NCBI GenBank assembly: GCA_030704615.1
Contig: CM060731.1
Location: 78,058,001 to 78,122,000 of the forward strand
Length of the DNA: 64,000 bases
Direction of reading: 5' to 3'
Origin: Takakia lepidozioides
Lineage: Eukaryota > Plantae > Bryophyta
A program made the position numbers and the translations under genes. A model generated the notes under the pieces. The model was not told where the DNA came from and searched no databases. It saw only the letters and a program-made list of their open reading frames with translations. Shown piece by piece: positions 25,165-37,175 of the stretch; the first letter of the stretch is position 1; each line of letters starts with the position of its first letter.

Positions 25165-25316
25165 GTTTGAGGGGCATGTTGTGTGGGTTTACTAAAGGGG
25201 CAGCCACCATGCTGGTGTGTGATCGATGCTCTAGAGGTTGGCATATGGGATGCTTGACTTCACCTCTTAAGATGGTTCCGGATGGGGATTGGTTATGTCC
25301 ACAATGCATTGGATAG
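25165..25316 (+). CDS. C-terminal PHD finger of the polyprotein
   Basis: (G)MLC..MLVCDRCSRGWHMGCLTSPLKMVPDGDWLCPQC fits the C4HC3 PHD consensus; the first Cys is mutated to Gly. Confidence 0.9.
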
Positions 25317-25576
25317 TGGGAGTTGATACAACCATAGGAGGCTAACAAGAAATGCAAGGCCAAGCTACTGGGAGACCTTGAACACACGAGATCCTGGCTC
25401 AAGTTCACAGATTGCAAGACGGCGACTAACGATGGGGCTACTCTTGTACCCGGCCTCTTGGTCTTTAGAGTTTGAGTACAATAGGGACAGTGATAGAGGA
25501 CTTAGTACGGTTGTGGCTATTACATCTTGTAGCTATCTGGAGTTAAAGGGACCTATCCACCAGCTAGGGGGGCGAT

Positions 25577-26012
25577 TGTGGCAGACTACTTTATTGTGCA
25601 TATATGTGTGGTGTGGTTTGGACAGCGATGTAGTTGTGTAGCGATACGTATGCGCACGACAGCTGTCAAGTTAAATGAGCACAGTGTGAAACTAACTAGA
25701 ATAAAGCTAGTTATTTGTATTTAACACTTGGATTTAGGTCAAGTGTTAAATCAGGTGTCAAGTTTAGTTTGACACCTGAACTGTCTTATCTTCACGAGAG
25801 CGTCAGTCGCGCGGCTCATCTCTCTCGAGTTGAGCCTGCGCGACCGAGCTCCTTCATGCTTAGAATCTGAGTGTGCTTATGTAGGGGTATAGATTGTTGT
25901 AGGGTGGAGTCCCCATAGCTTGGGGTGCCCCTGGCTCGACTATTATCTTAAAGAGTGATGTTGAGGGATTTCATGTTTCTTGTGTGAACAGTGCCTTTCA
26001 AGCTTTCTATCA
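25577..26012 (+). repeat. Complete 3' LTR (A 25577-25661 + GC + B 25664-26012)
   Basis: Begins TG immediately after the purine tract and AT (ggggggcgat), ends CA. Confidence 0.92.
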
Positions 26013-26013
26013 T

Positions 26014-26098
26014 TGTGACAAACTACTTTATTGTGCATATATGTGTGGTGTGGTTTGGACAGCGATGTAGTTGTGTAGCAATACGTATGTGCACGACA
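26014..26098 (+). repeat. Second copy of LTR segment A (85 bp), displaced to the 3' terminus
   Basis: 81 of 85 identical to 25577-25661; all four differences are G>A or C>T. Confidence 0.95.
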
Positions 26099-26338
26099 TG
26101 AATCATAGCTGCAAGCTAAGTTAGTAGCAATCTTTATCCCACATCATCAACTACATTTCAGATGGTAATTACCATGCATTACAAAGTACTCCACAAAGTG
26201 TTCCGAAAAAACCAACCATTTGGTCTCCTTGAGAGCTATGCTTGAAGAGCTGTGCATGAACAACACGGCTTCAAAATTCATGAGAAATGTGTGGGTTTGA
26301 TTGAACTACAGGGAAAAACTCTTGCAGCAAACAACACT

Positions 26339-29300
26339 TCAAATTGAAATTTTCTGCCCAAGCTTAGTCTGTTGTATCTCTTGAAGAACAAGGGCAACCA
26401 GTTTGTGCTGCACATCTAGCTCCTTTGCGAGACGATGGTCATCCACATTATGCACCTCAAGTGACACCTGCAAAATAGATTTCATTGGATCAGTGCTGTA
26501 TGTGCGCAGTTAGGGAAGGAAGTTATCTTTTTGGATAGCTGTTGGCATAGTAGCATTTTCTGGAATCGAATTGAAGGGAGTTTATCATAAACAAAAAACA
26601 CTTAGAGCCAATAAAACTGAGAGACTGCATGCACCAACCAGACTATTGTCTTGTGCTCACGTTTCAATCTGTGCACAACCCATAAGAGTGTCTTTTACTC
26701 AAAAGACCAAGAGAAAAACATGCCGTCCCCTCACTCTTCCTTTTCTCTCCCTGTGCAGGTACCCTCTGTTCAAATGGCAACCTTAGTGGAAGGGAGAAGT
26801 TTGGCCTGCTCAACATCATGTGACCAAGTGCCACAGTGCACACATATCTTGGCAGATGATGAAGACACTGCATCCAGCACCTCCTGCTTGTAGTTTTGCA
26901 GCCAGGTTTGATCTTTGCCTGGTCTGATGGATGATGTGCTCAGATCCACCTGTACAAACGAGTCAATCCCTCAGCTTGAAGACTCAAGATTCCTGTTTAC
27001 TCTTAATATCCCCCTGTATTTGCAGATCTCAAACTGTAGAGGAAAGGTCCGGCCCAAGATTCAGCCTTGGCTGAGCCTTACCATGTCCAATCAACCATCA
27101 GTGGACATGAGTCACCATGAGCAACCCATTCCATCAACATTGTGGTTGCTTCCGGATTGCATCCATGGTGCGTACATGCTCTAGTTGTTCCTGCATTGGT
27201 TCAAAATAGAGCTAGGACGAAATCCATGTCCCTCCCTCGTTTAAACCCCTTGAACTGCTCTCTTTCCTCTCTTTGACACACACCAAAACAGACGAGCATG
27301 AACTCATGTACAACAACTATTTGGGGTGGAGAATTCAAGTAAACCTGTGGGCAGAAGGCAATGACGGAAGTCGCAAGGGGAGAGAACAAGAGAGCTGCAC
27401 TTGCACCCATGGAGTCACCAAGCATTATCACATGTCTGTACGGTTTCAAAGCCATATGTAACTGGCTTCGGTAGTAGGACCCCAATGCCAAATGCCCAGT
27501 ATCTGCAGATTCCTGCCCCATTGAAGACACAGCTTTGCATTCACTAAACAACTGCGCGTCACTTGCAATACTTTCTTCCTGCCGCTCCTTGTGTGTGTAC
27601 CAGGAGCGTTGGCTGTCCACAACATAGAGTATGTCAAAGGCAGAGATCACCTCTTTTGCTTCCATCTCAGCCTTTGCTCTTCGCAGCACCCCTCCCCTGC
27701 TCACAAAGGTAATGTGATGTCACAGTAGGTCTAAGGAAAATAACCGTACACAGAAAGTCTACAGTGAACCCGGGTTGGCATTCATATGTTCTGTACTTTC
27801 AGCATCCAATATAATGAGGCGACAAGAACCATTGGACTCTCGCTGCTGGATCAAAAGTCTCAGCTTAATTGGAAATGCAGTGTGGATCTCTCTGGTTCCT
27901 GGGAGGCCCATGACACACACCACCTGGGGTCCAGAAGTGGAAACATGGCCGTAATGAGAGTACAAAGAAAGTTCATCAGCTGAAATTGAAGTCTCCGCTA
28001 GATCACAGGAGTTGCGAGCATAGGTAAGTTTAGACAGAACTCACCAATTGGGCACACAGGGGGCACTTCCAAAAGCAACAACAACTACATCTGCTCTCTC
28101 CCCCTCGTCCCACTGCTTAAGCTGCATAATAACACACACAAGGCCAAATTTTTTTACTGTTAGAATGTCTGATGTTAAAGTCCACTCAGGAGCAAATCTT
28201 ACAACTAGGAGATTGATTAGTCATTGCGATCCATGCTTTGGAAGCCCGGCAGGTTGAAGGATTGGCCATTTCCAGTGGAAATGATGGTAAAGACCCATGT
28301 CTGGGTTTCTTTTTTGTGCTTGATGATTTCTTACTCATGGGAGCTTACCACCCACCTTAAAATAGCCTCCTTGGCTCCTTGCATCACCCGTTCCAGATAT
28401 TTCCGAGACAGAGACCACCTTCTTCAATGTATCCAAAATCTCTCCTGGAAGTTTCTGCAATTTGAAGAGAACAATCTTACTGAAGCAGAGAGAGAATGAG
28501 AAGAGAAACAGACATAAGATAAGGGCTTACCTCCAACTAAAACTGTGCAATAGAATCCTTAAACCTTAATAACCCAATTCCAATAAATTCGACTAGGTTT
28601 AGCCACCTTAACCTAAAGTCAGAAAGAGTTGGCACAGAAGTTTGAGAAGAGTAAAACTTATGACATTTTGGTGCACATGCTACGATAAACAGGGGAGTAG
28701 GAGACATGATGTTCCTCCCGGAGTGGCCACTCTTGTTGGGTCTTGATGGTTATCAAAGCAATCCTATACTGGAGGGTGTCACACAGACACATTCAAACTT
28801 GAATTAGGTTAGATCACAAGGAGTACCACATCGGAGCTGATACCACAAGCTTTGAGCTGAGTAAATGATGGTAGCATCTCCCACAAACATTGGCCTTCCA
28901 AAGGGTTGCTCTGCTCAAGTTAACCACAAATCCATTTGAAAAATTGTCAGTGGGGCCTTCTTTGGAAAAACATCTATTGTTTCTCACCATGCACTCTGGA
29001 GACACCCTCTTGTAAGTCTCCCATAGTAGTGAGATCAGCTAATGTCTCCAGCACATTTCACAAGCACGCATGCTGCTCGAGCATGTCTCACCAGTTGCAG
29101 CATCAAGTCCGCATCCATCCATTTGAAGTAAAATAGACCAGAAATAATGAAGTTCAATTAAATCTTCCATCCACCTTCGCCACTGAGTGAAGTTAAGGAA
29201 CATAGGAATCAAGAACACCTTCCGAGAAAAAGTCGCAAGCAGCCCACCTCCAGCCATACATATGCAAGCTTCTTCAAATTTGCCAGGCTCCTTGGAACTC

Positions 29301-32300
29301 TAATTAACCTGTTTCCATACCTGAGCCATCCCAGCCTACCACAGGTCAATTACGTGCAATGACATAAATTTTTTGCAAAGACAACAATCACAACACCAAT
29401 GAGAGGACCCAAAGAGGAGGGGACTTACAACCAAAGTGTCTCAAGAGCTGGAAGCTCCCCAATGGAGTCAGGCAAAACTGTGAGAAGATTATCCGCTACC
29501 GACAGTTGCCGCAAGGAGCTCAATCCACCCAAATCAACAGGCAAAACCTCCAGACTATTGCCCTGCAATACCACTTGATATTGGTTTCTAGCTCAGACCT
29601 CAGTAAGTTTGGAAAATCATAGATTCTTCTTTTGAGAATATGATAAACAAGATGTAAGCATAGAGCATGAATACATCTATAAGGGAGCAAGTGCAGTGGG
29701 GCTATGCCTGCCTGAAGCCACAGGTCTTGTAGGGATGAAAGTCGACCCAAACTTTCAGGAACCCGTTTTAAGCAATTTCCATACACAGCCAGCACTTTCA
29801 GTGCCTTCAAACTTCCAACACCTGCATCAAAGGCAATGTTTTGCTAGTTAAGCACTAATGTTTAAGACACAAATGTAGATGTATGGCAAATGAGGGCAAT
29901 CAATTGAAGTAATGTACATAATTGATGATTTGGAGCACCCAGAATTCGAATGAAATGGAATCTACCCTAGTGGTTTTCCTGCCATGGAAGCTGGAACTGC
30001 AGTATATGTTCATCTTTGTGGCCAAAGCCACATCACTGCACTGATGTGTATGCAAAAGAGGATTTGACAACACTTCTAATCTAACGACACCTTGGGGCCT
30101 CCAATATTCCCATTCCATATTTTCAATATCCCACTGGTTGCTTGTGCTGCTGAAGTTTGTTTGCTCCAGTAATCACGGGTTCAAACGGGTCAAAAGGTTC
30201 GGTATCAAAACACATGAGGACAGCTTATGTTGAGTTAAATGGGTAATGTTGGGAGGGGTAGCAATGTTGAAAACTGCAGGAGATCTTGACTACTGAGGTT
30301 GAAGACAGATGCTTACCAGCTGGGATTTGATGCAGATGGTTTCCAGCAACTGAAAGAATCTGGGATGCACATGACCACGGGCTTTTGTAAGCCACAGTAC
30401 TCCACATTGAAGGACAGTATATGGCACTTCAAACTCTGAAGACCAACACAGCAACTCCCCTGTAGCCTCAAGGAACTATCTTCAAACACGAAGGAAAAGT
30501 ATTTAGCATCTGTCAGAAGCTAACTTGGAGACCACTCACCTTTTCTAACCAAAGGCCAACCTCAGAAACATGGCCAACCTTGATTGCAAATCCCTGGGCA
30601 TACCTGAAGGTTACTGAGTTCAGACATGGACTCTGGAAGGGTAGAGAGCTTGTTCCCTGCAAGTGCCAGCATGCGCAACTGCCGTAGCTCTCCTATCTGT
30701 ACTACCCATGCCAACACATCTTCTCAAAAAAGCGGACCTGAAAACCGGAGTCCTAGAGAGGAAGCAATTTGAAATATCTATTTCCACTTGCATGAGCAGG
30801 CTATGAGCTTTACATGTGATTTCGCCTTGCAATCCTTGTGGATCATCCAGATCCCAAAGAGATGGGGAAGCCATTTTGTCCTGTGAAACAAACCTCTGCT
30901 GGCAGAGCGTGAAGGATGTTGCCATGGACCCAAAGACCCTCCAGCTGCTGCAGCTTGCCTATACTCGCGGGCAGCTCCTGCAGTGCATTGCCTGCTAGCC
31001 CCAACCTGCGCAACTGCACCAAAACCCCAATATGTCATCACATGAAGCATTTGTTATCGTGCATGGAAATGAGAGAAACAGAGACTTGCGCGAGAAACAA
31101 TCCCCTGACAAGGGCCAGTACCTGCAAAACAGGTTATTCTTTCTTCTGATCGGTATCATCCCTCTCTCTCAGAAACAATTTGTAGGAGGATGACAACAAG
31201 GGGGGAAATCAAGAGAAAACATAGAACTAGGGGAGTGTGGACCCTCCAGCCATTTACTCATTGTATGAAAGAGACAAGGGACGTACCTTGTGCAGATTTT
31301 TTATGTCATCCGGCATGAAGCTGATCTTGTTTCCCGCAAGAGAGAGATCCACAAGGTCCGTAACTTGGAACACTTGAGATGGTACTTCCACAAGTCCTGA
31401 ACAATGCAAGAGGACAATTCACTTGAGGCTTAATACACTTGCAGTTTCCATCACCACTTCGTCCATCATGCTTCCAGGGGGTGGATATGCTTCCGTGATG
31501 TTCATTCCACTTGCTCTTGATGTTAAAAGTAGGTGTGCAAGCACTTGGATATCATGCATTGGATTGGCATATAAAGCACCATTTCCTTTCATTTCATTTC
31601 ACTCTCTATCTTGTGCAAAACAAACAGAAGGCATCATCCCTTGCTAGAAAACATTTTGTCATACACCCATTCAGGAAAGTAGCTATATCATGGGGTGCTT
31701 TACACTGCAGATTGCTTCCAACACTGTTCAAAATAAAAATCAATTCAAAGGTGGTTACCGCAATCACTGAGGTCCAATCGACCGGTGCTAGCTGCTAGAG
31801 AAATGCGCGCCTCCACATCCGCTGCCACACCTGTGTCACATCTCTCCTGTCATCTGGATCTTTTCAGCAGAAACTACATTCACCACTAGAATTACCTGTT
31901 TTGGTCACACCTCAGTCAGTTTGGATCTTAAGTGGGTTATTAAACCCTGATCCTAAAGACTCTAACAGCATAATTGATTTGATTTGATAATGGGTCAAAC
32001 TTGCATTAAAGACCATGATGCAGTGATTCACTCAACAGCTTCGATTGAGAAAATAGTTACCGCGAGTTGAACCAGGAATATAAAACTGCATTGGCCTTGC
32101 CCCTTTGACAACTCAAGTAGACATAAGTAAATAAAGCTCCACAGGGTTTCATCATCTTTGACAACTCAAGTAGACATTTGCAGTAAAGAATATGCAGCGC
32201 AACCACTATCCCTGTAACAGAAAAACCATCGTGCATAGACTCTACGAAGGAACACTAGGCTTAACACACACCATGGTTGATTTCCTGTTTGATTGTGACA

Positions 32301-32596
32301 ATACAGGCCTAGTTGCACATCTTACTGGGAAGGAACATACGAGGTAAAGAGGATGATGCAGCCAAACAAACAGGGGTAGTCCTGCTCACAGCATGTCTGC
32401 CATGCCAGTACTGACAGTCCAGACGTCGGTTGAGTCCGGTGCTGGAGGAAACTCCGTGCTTCCAGCTCCAGTTTGATCTAGCATTGGCGCAGCTCCACAG
32501 TGCCCCACCCACACCAGCTGGATGGGGAGCCACGCATGTGCGTGCAAAGAGGGAGGATGGAGAGGCCAAACGAGACAAGCAAGGAGATGCGTCCAT
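26339..32596 (-). CDS. Plastid-targeted LRR protein fused to a C-terminal alpha/beta-hydrolase-like domain
   Basis: Exon 1 is Ser/Arg/Ala-rich and transit-peptide-like; then TGRLDLSDCG/LVEVP and about 9 repeats of LxxLxLxGNxLxxLP (31.4-28.8 kb); then VVVAFGSAP, FDILYVVD..RSWY, MLGDSMGASAAL, AFCPQ, DDHRLA; stop at 26339-26341. Confidence 0.85.
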
Positions 32597-32985
32597 GGAA
32601 ATCAACCTCCCTCTCGCTTCCCATGCATTGAATAAAAGAAATCACCGCAAGGGACCGAAATTCTGTATTGCTTTAGTATGGTTTGAATCGCCTCCACAGC
32701 TAGAAAAGCGCAGACAACAGATTGCGATTTTTTGCCATAACAGTTCCTTCCACCCAACATTGAGCTACATTGGATGACAAAGCTCCGAAGGTGGGCCCCG
32801 CGTGGATTGGACTCTCATCTCGGGACCCAAATGGAAGGATCCGCTTGCATTGCAAGAAGATTCAAGACATGATCTCCAACTGGGGAGGCCAACTTTTCGT
32901 TTTTGGCAAACCCAGCTGCTCGGGTGGCACCGAGGGGTTAAGTGGACCTGGGCTCTGTCGTGACTGCACAACGCAAACGCTGGAT

Positions 32986-35557
32986 ATGGTGGCCACACTG
33001 CTACCTGCCTCATGGCGTCCCTGCCTTGGCCATCTCGCATGTCTGCCCAGAGTACGTGCAGCACAAGCGGAAGGGGAGAGCCAGGGAAGCAGGCTAGGAG
33101 GTATCATCCGCAACAAGCAGCGCATTCTTGATTCACAGCTGCGCACAATGTCGGAAGGCCAGCTGGAAGCACGCCTGTCCTCCTTGCAATCTGTGGCCTC
33201 TCCCCACGGCCTGCTGGACACAATTGCAAATCAGATTTTGCAGGGACGCACCACGATTATTGTGGAGGCAGCTCGCCTTTCTCCTTCAGAGTCGCCTGAG
33301 AGTCTTGCACAACGTTGCTCCGACTATGTGGCTTGGGGTATGGTTTGCATTGAGAAAACTTATTCCACAGATTTATCCTCTAGAATTTTGTTATCTCAGT
33401 CCCCCACGTCTTTTTTCTCACGTAAAACTGGTCTCTTTCTATGGCAGTGCAACCCTTTTCACTTAGCCTTTTCCAAGCCGATTTGCCATTAGTCTTTTGG
33501 AAATGCTGGTACCAGGGGAGGTTTAGGATGTCCTATTGCATAATTCTGACGGCTCTTGGCTCCCGTCAAGGTGCAACTGCGGTGGCGATATGCACGGATG
33601 AAGAAAAATCGCCCAATGGTGTGGCTGATCTGACATCAGTCTGCAAAGGTAGTATTTCTGTGTAGCCTTCAGTTCCGAACCTCTTCTGTTGAGTGTAACA
33701 GTTATAATACCTTCGTTCCTAAATTTCTTGTAGGTTGCTGGGTTCACTGTTTTCTAACTGTCAGAGAAGTCTAGTGCGTGCTGTACAAGTACTACTGTTT
33801 GAAGTTGCAAGGTTTTCTAAGTTGAGCATCGAACTAATTTCTATATGCTAACAAGGCAGTTGAAACTCTTGCTAGCAGCTTTGAGTGTGCCAGTTCTGCG
33901 CAAGGACTGGATCATTCATCCTTTGCAGGTAATATGATTATACATTGTGGAAGTTGTGTCAATCATACTGGTCTTACTAATGGGATTGATGCCATTGCTT
34001 GTAATAACTTTGAGGAAGTAGCAGGGAACAGATTTCAGCTGAATGGCTTAATTTCTAGTCTGTGAGCTAAAAGTTGGAGTGGGACTACACATCTGTCCTT
34101 GTTCTCTGAACCAAATCTTCCTGGAAAGAGAAAGTTGTTGCTCAATTTGTAGGTGGAGAAGTTCATTCACATGTGCGAAGACCTTTCTGATACTCCACAC
34201 TGCGCTGGTTCTGTGTGGTTTGAAGATTGCTGAGACGCGGGAGGCCGGGGCTGCTGCCCTTACAGCAGTGTACACAGTGCTGAGCAAAGGTGACAGTTAA
34301 GACTACCCAGTATCAACCCATTTGATGTCAACAAGGATCCGATGAAGTGGTAATTGCCGAAGTCTTAAGTCTTAAGTCTTTCAAAGGGATCTGACTGATT
34401 GGGTTTGTTTCCTCCAGTAGAGCAGAAATCCTTACTTATAGTTCAGTAAATTGGTGACACTGTGCAGGAACACCAGCCATTTTGAACTACGCAGTTACAC
34501 TGGGACTGGATGCCATTGTTGAGGTTTGTCTTATGTGTGAATTTCGTATTGTGGTGTCTGTCTCCAGTTTACCTCATATCTAGAGTCTCCATTTATCTCT
34601 TGATCCTTCGAATGTGGTGATATGCTGTTTAACCAACCTTCTCTCCTCTTCCTTCTTTAGAAGGCAGGTGTAGATAATTGAGACTTCAGTGTCCTTCTAT
34701 AATCCCTTGTCTTGAAAGAGCTAGGTTAGTGGCCACTTTACTATGGTTAGCATTGTGGGTACAGTCACATTTTTGAATGGGGCATCACAGGTCATCAACA
34801 TGAAGGAGCTAGAGGAAGTTGCAGCTTTTGGGATCCCCATCTATGGAATAAACCTTTCTGTTGGCCTCTCGGTATGTATTTCACTGATAAGATTTCCCTT
34901 TGTTAGTCAGTCACCATAATGGTCCAGTCTACAGTATTATACATCCAATGATCCAATGATTTGTGCCTGGCAAATTTCTGCACAATGAGTGTTGACATTT
35001 ATGGTGGATTTGTGGGAGGCCTTGTGTTGATCAGCTGTCACTGCCTGGAATAAGACGAGATATAGCCAAGTCACTGATTGGGGAGCTCCCTTTTGGAGCT
35101 TCATCGGTGGTGGTGAGTCTCTTTGCACAATCTGGAATCGCGCTAATTGTCCAATGTGCAGGGTTTAGGGTATAAGGGCGTTTAGTCATGAGTAGTGTTG
35201 CAGCATGTGGTGCCAATATGCTAGTTGAGGTCCTGATATTATGCTTTGCAGGCATTTTCTCTAGTAACCTGCTGATGCCAAACAGGCCAAAGTATTGATC
35301 TCAACTGTTCATCCCCAGTTGGTTCCTTGTAATGTACTCGTTGGTTGTGGTTTTTTCACTGTTGAAGAACCTATATCTTTGGTGTTTTGTATGTGACACA
35401 GGGTGTGTACTCCAGAGAAGATGCCATAGCTATGAAAGCAGCAGGAGCCGATGCAGTTTATGTCAAACATGAGGTCTTGCAGGGTCAAGGTGCTTCAGAG
35501 AAGATGCCCCAAAGTTTTTTAGAGAGCTTACGAGATGCCATGAGTGGAGATGACTAG
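32986..35557 (+). CDS. Indole-3-glycerol-phosphate synthase-like TIM-barrel protein, divergent, probably plastid
   Basis: IIVEAARLSPS, GATAVAICTD, VPVLRKDWIIHPLQ, IAETREAGAAA, LGLDAIVEV, YGINL, AAGADAVYV across spliced exons; stop at 35555-35557. Confidence 0.85.
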
Positions 35558-37175
35558 CCCACGTCTCTAATCATATTTCTGAGAAGATCAACATGTCGTA
35601 TTGTTCCGAATACATGACTTGATTGTTGACTTGATGGATTCAAAGCCACCCTGCACTTCTCTACTTTGTGAACTACACTCTAACCCCCTAATCTTTGCGA
35701 TGTGTGGGTAGTTGGTTTGATGGGACTACCTCTCTCTTCCACTGCTCCATCATTTTTCTGCAATCTCTGACACTACAGCAAGCTACATTTAGGCCTTTAA
35801 AGTTTATACTTTATGTATGATATATAATAGACCATTTATAATAGTGCGTATTGTCTGTATGGACACAGTAAAGAATTCCAGTAGCTAAATTTGTGTGTCA
35901 AATTGTCAGCCTTTGAAGACCTTAGCAATTTTACACCATTGCACAATCTGTAGGAATTTGGATTATAGAGTACAAAGGCTCAGAAGTCCCTTCTGGAAGT
36001 TTGTAATTCGTATCTTTTTGTAATCTGGTTACCAAATTATAGGCCGCGTCGAAAATGACCATGCATCTGTACCTTTCAATGTACCATATCCAATGATCAT
36101 TGCTTAGTGAATAGAGTCACAAATTGTCACGGTCAGTTTTCTGCTAGAAGCTATTGTGTCATGCAACTGTGGCTGTCTTCCAATTGCAAATATTTCTCTG
36201 CTACCAGATCATATCTGCAAGATGGTAGTAGCTCTTCTACCCATGCAACATGGTTGTGGAGAGAGTATTGTGAAGAGATCCCTGAGATTTGTGGGTTTGG
36301 ATGCCTCCCAAGAGAGTACGGTCAGGACTTGACATCGACTGAGATGCACACATCTGAAAGAATCACTGTTGCAGTGCCTGATGTAGAGGCCTCCCAGAAA
36401 GATCGTCACAAAAAGATATGGCTTTCATGTCAGTGGGGGGTTTGTCATTTTGGATCTGAACATTCATTTTGGGGTCACCCTACTGTACCTATACGTCTGC
36501 AGTGTTGTATCATAGTCTGAACCCAGTAAGCACACATCCACTCAGATACAAAACAGAAACAACTCACAGTTAAGAGTTTGCTCTTTCAATCCTTGTCGTT
36601 TGATTTGTTTACCTGGTGCACTGACATTTTTTCTATCAAAGACGGGTGAGCTCATTTTCCCTTTGGTAAGCCAAAGATGGCTGCAAAGATCAAATACAAT
36701 CCGGCAAAGTACAACCAGTCTACCCCTTTCTATAAGCACTTTCCGACAGATCTACACAGGAGGTATACCATGTCTCCTATGGGCCCCTCCCTGCATGTCT
36801 AGGCCCTGTGGAGTTCAAAAACCAAGGGAGGAAACAGACAACCAAGGTGAACTATTCACTACTTACTGGTGATCATAATTTACCATGCTTTACTTTCTGA
36901 TTCTGCCCACCTAAATGGTTTTGCTGCACTTGGAATACTGAACCTGGCTCCCCCATTGTGACTAGCAAACTTCTGGGCTCCCTCCGTCTAATGTCTTTTT
37001 AGGCTGTAATTATTGAACAGGGCTGCTCTATCTGTGAGCCTATCAAACATGGCAACAGTCCTGGAGTTTTCAAGGGGCTGCTGTCAAAACACCACACATA
37101 CCAGCTCTGGGGGTCCATTTTGCTTGCTTATGCCGTATGGAGCTCTCTACCTCTCCATTGGAAAATAAAAAACAC

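Larger units (their letters stand above)
14022..26098 (+). mobile_element. Ty3/gypsy LTR retrotransposon carrying a DNMT3-like methyltransferase and a PHD finger, with permuted (split) LTRs; non-functional copy
   Basis: Domain order gag-PR-MTase-RT-RH-INT-PHD; 349-bp direct repeats; PPT at ~25566-25576; termini TGTC...GACA flanked by TGAA (14018-14021) and TGAA (26099-26102). Confidence 0.95.

Noticed and set aside
14022-26098. DIRS/Ngaro tyrosine-recombinase element, suggested by split direct repeats and a methyltransferase
   Set aside because: It encodes an aspartic protease and an HHCC/DDE integrase with a PPT, I see no tyrosine recombinase motifs, and the MTase is C5-type rather than the adenine-type of DIRS.
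26339-32596. NLR immune receptor of the hydrolase-NB-LRR type
   Set aside because: No P-loop or NB-ARC motifs, and the LRRs are N-terminal.
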